Positions 57,890-64,000 of a stretch of DNA of 64,000 nucleotides are shown here, piece after piece. Below the pieces are notes generated by a model that made no database searches, was not told where the DNA came from, and saw nothing but the letters and a program-made list of their open reading frames with translations. How positions within the stretch are numbered: the first letter of the stretch is position 1; the number at the start of each line of letters is the position of its first letter. Origin of the DNA: Oscillospiraceae bacterium (GTDB lineage: Bacteria; Bacillota; Clostridia; Saccharofermentanales; Saccharofermentanaceae); the NCBI GenBank assembly GCA_902787975.1, contig CADAIP010000006.1, positions 11,193 through 75,192 on the forward strand, given 5' to 3'. Made by a program: the position numbers and the translations under genes.

Positions 57890-58570
57890 ATGTTTAAGCG
57901 ACTGTTTTTGATTATATGTTCACTGACTTTGTGTGTGGCTTTGTCTTCATGTGCAACAGCCGGAATGTCTGCTGATGCCAAGACTGTAATTGATGAAGTT
58001 TCTTCAGAAGATGCAACGACAGAATCAGAATCTGTTTCTGAAGAAGTTGCAGAAGTATCTTCTTCTGCAACGAGCAGTGAATATGTTGCCAATTCAGATA
58101 CACTGGTAGTTGTATTCTCATGTACGGGAAATACAAAAGCAGTAGCGGAACATATCGTCTCCATGACCGGAGCAGATTTCTATGAGGTACTTCCTTTTGA
58201 GCCTTATACGGAAGCAGACTGTGACTGGACTGATGCAAACAGCAGAAGTTCCATCGAGCAGAATGATCCTGATTTCAGGCCGCAGATAAGCGGGGATCCG
58301 ATCTCTCTTGAAGGATACAGCATTATATTTATCGGTTATCCGATCTGGTTTTCGCAGGCTCCGAGGATCATGGATACATTTGTTGAGTCATACGATTTTG
58401 GTGATGCGGTAGTCATTCCTTTCTGCACATCAGGCAGCAGCGGAATCGGCCAGAGTGCTGAGATCCTTGCTGAACATGCAGGCAGCGGCAGATGGCTTGA
58501 AGGTCAGAGATTTGCAGGCGATGCCACAGAAGACGAGATCAGGGAATGGCTTAAGGGGATTACTTTTTGA
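57890..58570 (+). CDS. Flavodoxin lipoprotein
   Basis: Lipobox 'LSSC', Ser/Glu linker, 'FSCTGNTK', 'GYPIWFSQAP', 'FCTSGSSG'. Confidence 0.85.
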   Translation: MFKRLFLIICSLTLCVALSSCATAGMSADAKTVIDEVSSEDATTESESVSEEVAEVSSSATSSEYVANSDTLVVVFSCTGNTKAVAEHIVSMTGADFYEVLPFEPYTEADCDWTDANSRSSIEQNDPDFRPQISGDPISLEGYSIIFIGYPIWFSQAPRIMDTFVESYDFGDAVVIPFCTSGSSGIGQSAEILAEHAGSGRWLEGQRFAGDATEDEIREWLKGITF

Positions 58571-58572
58571 TC

Positions 58573-59196
58573 ATGAATAATCCGTGGAAAGAAATCGATC
58601 TTGCAGATTATGAGAATCACATGAAGCTTGATAACGTCATGCAGCTTCAGACGATGAATTCCATGATGAAAAACCAGTTCGGAGACTATCCGGTATCCAC
58701 CGCAATGGTTCTTGGCATCGCAGGTGGAAACGGCCTGGAACACGTCAGCAAAGATAAGTTCGAGGCAGTATACGGCGTAGACATAAATGAAGATTATCTC
58801 CGTGTGGTATCAGAGCGTTATAAAGATCTTTCAGGTGTTCTTAAGTGCCTTTGCATCGACCTGACAAAAGATGCGGATAAGCTTCCTCACGCTGAGCTTG
58901 TCATCGCAAATCTTCTTATTGAATATATCGGTTACGAAGCTTTCGAAAATGCGGTCGCCAAGATCGGTCCCAAGTTTGTCTCATGCGTGATCCAGATCAA
59001 CACAGACGAGAAGCAGTGGGTATCAGATTCTCCCTATCTTCATGCGTTCGACAGACTTGATGAAGTCCATCACCAGATGGAAGAAAATGCTCTGACTGAT
59101 GCAATGAAAGAGATTGGTTATTCTCTTATCTTGCATGCTTGCGAGACGCTTCCCAACGGTAAGGCTCTCGTAAGACTTGATTACCAAAAGGTTTGA
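58573..59196 (+). CDS. Class I SAM-dependent methyltransferase
   Basis: 'VLGIAGGNGLEH', 'GVDIN'. Confidence 0.8.
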   Translation: MNNPWKEIDLADYENHMKLDNVMQLQTMNSMMKNQFGDYPVSTAMVLGIAGGNGLEHVSKDKFEAVYGVDINEDYLRVVSERYKDLSGVLKCLCIDLTKDADKLPHAELVIANLLIEYIGYEAFENAVAKIGPKFVSCVIQINTDEKQWVSDSPYLHAFDRLDEVHHQMEENALTDAMKEIGYSLILHACETLPNGKALVRLDYQKV

Positions 59197-59248
59197 ACTA
59201 TCCCGATAAATGTGAAACAATAGCAGGCGGTAAATCTTTAAGGAAAGA

Positions 59249-60325
59249 GTGTGGCCGGTGACTAAAGTTATTGTCGGAATGTCGGGCGGAGTTGACAGCG
59301 CTGTTGCAGCTTTACTATTGAAGCAGCAGGGCTATGAAGTTATTGGTGTTACGCTCCGCACCTGGGGCTCTGAAGAAGAGGGCGACAGCAGGTGTTGTGA
59401 GATCGATGAAGCCAGACGCATCTGTGAGATATTGGATATCAGATACCATCCGCATAACTGCACATCGCTTTTCAGGCAGAAGGTAGTTACGCCTTTTGTT
59501 GATGCTTATCTTGAAGGCCTGACACCTAATCCCTGTATTGAATGCAACAGATACGTTAAGTGGGCAAAGCTCATGGAGCTTGCCGATATTTTCGAAGCCC
59601 GATATGTAGCGACAGGCCACTACGCATTCATCGAGAAACTTCCCAACGGAAGATATTCTGTCCGCAAGGCTGCACACATTGCAAAAGACCAGACATACAT
59701 GCTCTACAAGCTTTCGCAGGAGCAGCTCTCACGCACGCTGATGCCTCTCGGAAAATACACCAAAGACGAAGTCAGAAAGATCGCAGAAGAAGCAGGACTG
59801 CCCTGCGCTCACAAAGAAGATTCGCAGGAGATCTGCTTCGTAACAGAGGGACGATATTCTGATTTCATTTGCGATAATACCGACAAGCCGATTCCCGCAG
59901 AAGGAAACTTTGTCGATGAAGACGGCAATGTCTTAGGCAGGCACAAAGGCATTTACCAGTACACAGTAGGCCAGCGTAAAGGTCTCGGCATAGCACTTGG
60001 CTATCCTGCATTTGTCACTAAGATCGACACGAAAAACAACACTGTCGTACTGGGCACCGAAGCAGCTCTTATGTGTGATACTTTCCTCTGCCGGGAAGTT
60101 AATTTCTTAAGCATTCCGGAGATGAGTGCAGGTGACAAAGTAAGATGTCTTGCAAAGGCACGTTACCATCAGACGGAGCGTCCCGCAACTCTCGAAATGT
60201 TAGAGGACGGACGAGTTAAAGTAACACTTGATGAAGCGGTAAAGGGAGTATCCCCCGGACAGTCTGCAGTGTTCTATGATGAAAACGGCTGTGTTGTCGG
60301 TGGCGGACTGATTGTTAGGGAATAA
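59249..60325 (+). CDS. mnmA: tRNA 2-thiouridine(34) synthase
   Basis: 'GMSGGVDS', 'TPNPCIECN', 'ATGHY', 'KDQTYML', 'DSQEICF', 'SPGQSAVFY'. Confidence 0.95.
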   Translation: MWPVTKVIVGMSGGVDSAVAALLLKQQGYEVIGVTLRTWGSEEEGDSRCCEIDEARRICEILDIRYHPHNCTSLFRQKVVTPFVDAYLEGLTPNPCIECNRYVKWAKLMELADIFEARYVATGHYAFIEKLPNGRYSVRKAAHIAKDQTYMLYKLSQEQLSRTLMPLGKYTKDEVRKIAEEAGLPCAHKEDSQEICFVTEGRYSDFICDNTDKPIPAEGNFVDEDGNVLGRHKGIYQYTVGQRKGLGIALGYPAFVTKIDTKNNTVVLGTEAALMCDTFLCREVNFLSIPEMSAGDKVRCLAKARYHQTERPATLEMLEDGRVKVTLDEAVKGVSPGQSAVFYDENGCVVGGGLIVRE

Positions 60326-60439
60326 GGATTAGCTGTGCGATTCAGAATCGTAGCGAAATATATTACCAACTCCATAAAAACTTGATAAAATAATAAGAGC
60401 GTTTGGAATACGTGATAGATTAATTATGGAGGAATAAAA

Positions 60440-60826
60440 ATGGAAAACCAAAACTATAATGCTCAGCAGCAGTATTATCAGCAGCCAAGCCAGCAGCAGT
60501 ATGTATATGTACAGCCCAACGATCCTGCTTATCTGGCTACAGCAAATGAGTTTCTTAAGAATGCGATCATTTCCTGCTGTATCTCAAGCCTTCCCATAGG
60601 AAGCATCATTGCTATCTTCATGGCTAAAAAGTACAGAAAGCAGCTTCTGGAATTTCTCGAGAAGGGCGGCCTTCACACACCCAGAATTAAGGTCAGCTCC
60701 GCACTTCTTCGTGGAGGAATGTATAGCGGAATCGGATTCACGATCGTCTGGGGCATTTATTTGTTCTTCGTGATATTCTGGTTCGTCGCTATGATATTCG
60801 CTCTGGCTACGGGTTTGAATTATTAA
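60440..60826 (+). CDS. Hypothetical membrane protein with a Gln/Tyr-rich N-terminus
   Basis: GGAGG RBS; 'QQQYYQQPSQQQY', then two hydrophobic segments. Confidence 0.7.
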   Translation: MENQNYNAQQQYYQQPSQQQYVYVQPNDPAYLATANEFLKNAIISCCISSLPIGSIIAIFMAKKYRKQLLEFLEKGGLHTPRIKVSSALLRGGMYSGIGFTIVWGIYLFFVIFWFVAMIFALATGLNY

Positions 60827-60847
60827 TGTTAAGGCAAAAAACAAATG

Positions 60848-60880
60848 AAAAAGAGGACTTCGAAATGAAGTCCTCTTTTT
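60848..60880. terminator. Bidirectional intrinsic terminator
   Basis: AAAAAGAGGACTTC-gaaat-GAAGTCCTCTTTTT. Confidence 0.9.
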
Positions 60881-60997
60881 ATTCCATCTGTTTGAAGCAA
60901 AATACATGGAATGTCAGGTGGAATTCCACCCGATTCCAACTTTTCTTCCACCTGATTGACCGTTTTTAGATGGAATAAAAGCTGGAACACTTAATAA

Positions 60998-62128
60998 TCA
61001 GATGTATGTTCCCAAATAAGCGAACTCGGTAGGCTCCGCATCAAGTTCGCAGAGAAGTGCGATAACTTCCTCGGAATATGCGGATGCTTCGAAGTCGAGA
61101 TAGAACATGAACTCGAAGTCTCTTCCTGCAATCGGTCGTGACTCGATCTTTGTGAGGTTCAATCCAAGTGATGAGAACTTAGCGAGTGTGTCTGCAAGTG
61201 CGCCCGGTGTGTGACCCAAAGCGAGCATTACGGAAGTCTTTGATGCGCCGGGGAAGATCATGAGTTCTTTTGTGATGCAGATGAATCTCGTGTAGTTATT
61301 GTCTGTATTCTGGATATCGTCCTTGATGGCTTCCAATCCGTAGAGCTGCTGGCAGTCAGCTGAGGAGATGGCAGCAACGTCTTTACGGCCTGAATCAGCA
61401 ACGCTCTTTGCTGCGACGGCTGTGTTCTCAACGATGTTGACCTTGATGTCCGGATGCTCTTTGAGGAACTTGCTGCACTGGCCGATGGCCTGGTTGTGCG
61501 AATATACTTCTCGGATGTCTTCAAATCTTGTGCCGTGGTTAGCGAGAAGCTTGTGGCTGATCCTCAACTTGTAATCTCTTACGATGTGGAATTTATGGCC
61601 GACCATGAGGTCGTAGACCTGGGTTACTGAGCCGAAAGAACTGTTTTCGATAGGGAGGATGCCGAACTTGCAAAGTCCGGATTCGACTGCCTGGAATACG
61701 CCGTCGAATGTTCTGAAGTACATGATGTTAGCGTGACGGAAGATCTTATCTGTGGCGATCTGTGAATAAGCGCCTTCGATTCCCTGGCAGGCAACCATGG
61801 GCGACTTGGGGAATTCCTTGGGAGTTGTCTCGAGAGCCTTGTGGATCTGGTCTGCAAGCTCTGTGCGTGTGCCGTACTCCATGTTGCGGTAGGAGTGGCT
61901 GAGATTGAACATTGTGGTGAAGAGCACGCGCTCGTAGTTGTCGATAAGTGAGTTGGATGTCTCAAGTCCAGCAAGGTAGCTTCGCTCGTAGCGTCTGCTC
62001 TTCAGTGCAATCTCGGATTTGGTCAGAGTCTCGTTTGCAGCCTTGCTGGCTTCCAAACGCTCTGCGAAAAGTTCCTTGATCTGCTCGTCGATCTCTTCAA
62101 TTCTCTTTCCGGCCTGTTTCTGTGTCAT
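60998..62128 (-). CDS. pheA: Prephenate dehydratase with ACT domain and a degenerate N-terminal chorismate mutase-like domain
   Basis: ATG 62128 behind GGAGGA; 'QGIEGAYS', 'PIENSSFGSV', 'SHNQAIGQC', 'NYTRF', 'LTKIESRP'. Confidence 0.9.
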   Translation of the reverse strand: MTQKQAGKRIEEIDEQIKELFAERLEASKAANETLTKSEIALKSRRYERSYLAGLETSNSLIDNYERVLFTTMFNLSHSYRNMEYGTRTELADQIHKALETTPKEFPKSPMVACQGIEGAYSQIATDKIFRHANIMYFRTFDGVFQAVESGLCKFGILPIENSSFGSVTQVYDLMVGHKFHIVRDYKLRISHKLLANHGTRFEDIREVYSHNQAIGQCSKFLKEHPDIKVNIVENTAVAAKSVADSGRKDVAAISSADCQQLYGLEAIKDDIQNTDNNYTRFICITKELMIFPGASKTSVMLALGHTPGALADTLAKFSSLGLNLTKIESRPIAGRDFEFMFYLDFEASAYSEEVIALLCELDAEPTEFAYLGTYI

Positions 62129-62144
62129 GTTCTTGTCCTCCGTC

Positions 62145-62284
62145 AAATTAAAAGCCCCGCAGTCTTGTTCACTGCGGGGCCCTATTATTCGTAAATCAAG
62201 TCGATATTTACATGCAGTGAACTATTAGCCCCTATTTCTAAAGGCAAAAAAGAACTCACGCCATGTAAATGCAAAATTAGTCAT
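62145..62284 (-). promoter_or_regulatory. pheL-type leader-peptide transcription attenuator
   Basis: 1:2 ATTTACATG/CATGTAAAT; 2:3 GTTCACTGC/GCAGTGAAC; 3:4 GCCCCGCAG/CTGCGGGGC plus TTTTAATTT. Confidence 0.85.
62225..62284 (-). CDS. pheL: Phe-rich leader peptide MTNFAFTWREFFFAFRNRG (19 aa)
   Basis: 6 Phe and 1 Trp codons; ATG 6 nt downstream of TATAAT (TTTACA-N16-TATAAT); no SD. Confidence 0.85.
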   Translation of the reverse strand: MTNFAFTWREFFFAFRNRG

Positions 62285-62466
62285 GTGGCAATTATATACC
62301 TTTGAACGTGTTTGTAAACACTTTTGTGTAAAACTGTTCGAAAACTTTTTCGGGCGGATGTTCTCTCATTGAAAAATCAGGCAAAAATATGATGTCCGTT
62401 AACACCAAGCCCCCTTAAACCGCTTGTAATATTAAAAGACCATAATTTATGCTACAATTTCTTCCT

Positions 62467-63813
62467 ATGAAGATCAGAGCGTTTACAGCAATACTTGTCT
62501 GCAAGGTCATAAGGGGCCTCGCAAAACTGATGGGCAGGGGCTCGAGTTTGCCCGGCAAATATGCCCTCAAGATATGTCCGGATATCCTCTCCGAATTAAA
62601 GCTTCCGGAGCTTTCTATTGCTGTCACCGGATCTAACGGCAAGACATCGACAGTAGAGATGATCGCGCACATTTTAAAGAGTAACGGCCTTAAGGTTGCG
62701 TATAACAAAGAAGGTTCCAATCAGATCGAGGGAGTTACGACTTTCCTTATCGGCGATTCCACTATGGGCGGAAAGGTCAAGAGCGATGTTGTGCTGCTCG
62801 AAGCAGATGAGAGATATGCAAGACGCGTATTCGGATATTTTCATCCCAAGTATTTTGTGATCAACAATCTTTATAGAGACCAGATGACGAGAAACGGTCA
62901 CCCGGAGTGGATCAGGAGCATTATCGGAGATGCGGTCTACGATGAAATGACACTCATATTGAATGCCGATGATCCTCTGGTCGCAAGCTTTGGCAAAGAC
63001 AGGGAAGGCACCATATATTTCGGTGCAGACAATCTTCCTTCTGACACCACGGTGCATGAGGGGATCTATAACGACGGCAAGTATTGTCCGATCTGCAAAC
63101 AGCCGATGGAGTATGAATATTACCACTATAACCACATCGGTAAGTTCAAGTGCACTTCATGCGGTTTTGAAAGACACGATACCGACCATGCTCTTACAGG
63201 TATTGGCGGATCAGAAGATCATGCATCCATCACCATTGACGGAACATATGAGATACCTGTTTTCTTTACGGGAATCTACCATTGCTACAACATTCTCGCG
63301 GCTTTCACGGCTTCAACCGTTGCAGGCATCGCGCCTTGGAAAGCGGCTGAATCTCTCGGAGGTTATATCTTAAAGTCAGGACGTATCTCCGATTTCACAT
63401 TGGGTAATGTTGAAGGCAGACTTCTTCTCTCAAAGCACGAGAATTCAGTATCCTATGACCGTTCGATCGATGTCGTCGTAAACGACAGCCGCAAGAAGAG
63501 TGTCATGATAATAGTTGATGCGATCAGCCGTAAGTATTACACTTCAGATTCAAGCTGGCTCTGGGACATCAATTTCGAGAAGTTTAAGGATGCTGATATT
63601 GATAAGATTATCCTTGCTGGACAGTACTGTGATGACCTCGCGGTGAGGTTTGATCTTGCAGGCATCGACAGTTCAAAAGTCGAGGTTTTCGAGAGCGTGC
63701 AGGGAGCGGCAGATTACTGCAAAGAAAAGCTTGATTCATTTCTTTACGTGATCACGTGTTTCTCTGACAAAGAGAAGATCCTTTCCATCGTTACAAGGAG
63801 GGAGATAGCATGA
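62467..63813 (+). CDS. murT: Lipid II isoglutaminyl synthase ligase subunit (Mur ligase plus DUF1727)
   Basis: 'GSSLPGK', 'VTGSNGKTST', 'LEADE', 'NLYRDQMTRNG', 'CPIC..C..C', 'WLWDINFE'. Confidence 0.85.
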   Translation: MKIRAFTAILVCKVIRGLAKLMGRGSSLPGKYALKICPDILSELKLPELSIAVTGSNGKTSTVEMIAHILKSNGLKVAYNKEGSNQIEGVTTFLIGDSTMGGKVKSDVVLLEADERYARRVFGYFHPKYFVINNLYRDQMTRNGHPEWIRSIIGDAVYDEMTLILNADDPLVASFGKDREGTIYFGADNLPSDTTVHEGIYNDGKYCPICKQPMEYEYYHYNHIGKFKCTSCGFERHDTDHALTGIGGSEDHASITIDGTYEIPVFFTGIYHCYNILAAFTASTVAGIAPWKAAESLGGYILKSGRISDFTLGNVEGRLLLSKHENSVSYDRSIDVVVNDSRKKSVMIIVDAISRKYYTSDSSWLWDINFEKFKDADIDKIILAGQYCDDLAVRFDLAGIDSSKVEVFESVQGAADYCKEKLDSFLYVITCFSDKEKILSIVTRREIA

Positions 63814-64000
63814 CCGTGAAGATCCTTTATCTCTATCCCGATTTTATGAGCCTTTACGGCGATAACGGCAATGTCAGGATCCTTGAGCGCAGGCTTAAAG
63901 ACCAGGGTTTTGACGTCGAGATAATAAAGCGTACGATCACTGATTCGACCATCACTTTTGATGATGCGGATTTCGTTTATATGGGTTCCGGATTTGAGTC
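63810..64000 (+). CDS. gatD: Glutamine amidotransferase subunit (partial, runs off the right edge)
   Basis: ATGA overlap; MTVKILYLYPDFMSLYGDNGNVRILERRL...DFVYMGSG. Confidence 0.85.
   Translation, partial: MTVKILYLYPDFMSLYGDNGNVRILERRLKDQGFDVEIIKRTITDSTITFDDADFVYMGSGFE

Noticed and set aside
1-64000. Most short and antisense ORFs in the ORF track (e.g. 257-1594 +, 9981-10601 -, 30233-31288 -, 49752-50654 -)
   Set aside because: They are shadows of well-supported genes on the opposite strand or in another frame, with no RBS or family motifs
1-64000. CRISPR arrays, rRNA, tRNA, prophage, intact IS or integrase
   Set aside because: No regularly spaced repeat-spacer series, cloverleaf, rRNA-like tract, or transposase/phage gene seen

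Overview
A 64-kb stretch of ordinary chromosome from an anaerobic Firmicute. Gene content and SD/sigmaA signals point to Clostridia; a gut/rumen Oscillospiraceae/Ruminococcaceae-like lineage is inference. I found no prophage, intact IS, CRISPR, rRNA or tRNA. Left to right: truncated MMPL exporter and TetR; PEP/pyruvate-binding protein; PucR with an amino-acid ABC/aminotransferase/Fe-ADH cluster; MocR with a 5'-truncated ECF S-component; accessory membrane and zinc-ribbon genes; a GGDEF/HD-GYP pair; several regulator-flavodoxin modules; a sulfur region (iscS-iscU, mccB/mccA-like, metNI, ECF-S, metQ, mnmA); pheA; murT-gatD. The main result is regulatory and absent from the ORF track. Three sulfur-related operons (mccB-mccA-metNI, an ECF S-component, metQ-ADH-AhpD) share one cassette: a palindromic Rrf2-like box over a sigmaA -35, then a short leader peptide with an M-C-C core ending in Cys-stop, then an intrinsic terminator whose 5' arm is complementary to a segment 17-22 nt downstream of the Cys-Cys codons. 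This is a candidate cysteine-sensing, ribosome-mediated transcription attenuation regulon in a lineage where T-boxes, S-boxes and CymR are the known mechanisms. A Phe-rich, apparently leaderless attenuator also precedes pheA. A double-glycine-leader peptide and a pair of CX3CX2CX2C microproteins are present too. All calls come from reading the sequence by eye; no searches or folding programs were run.
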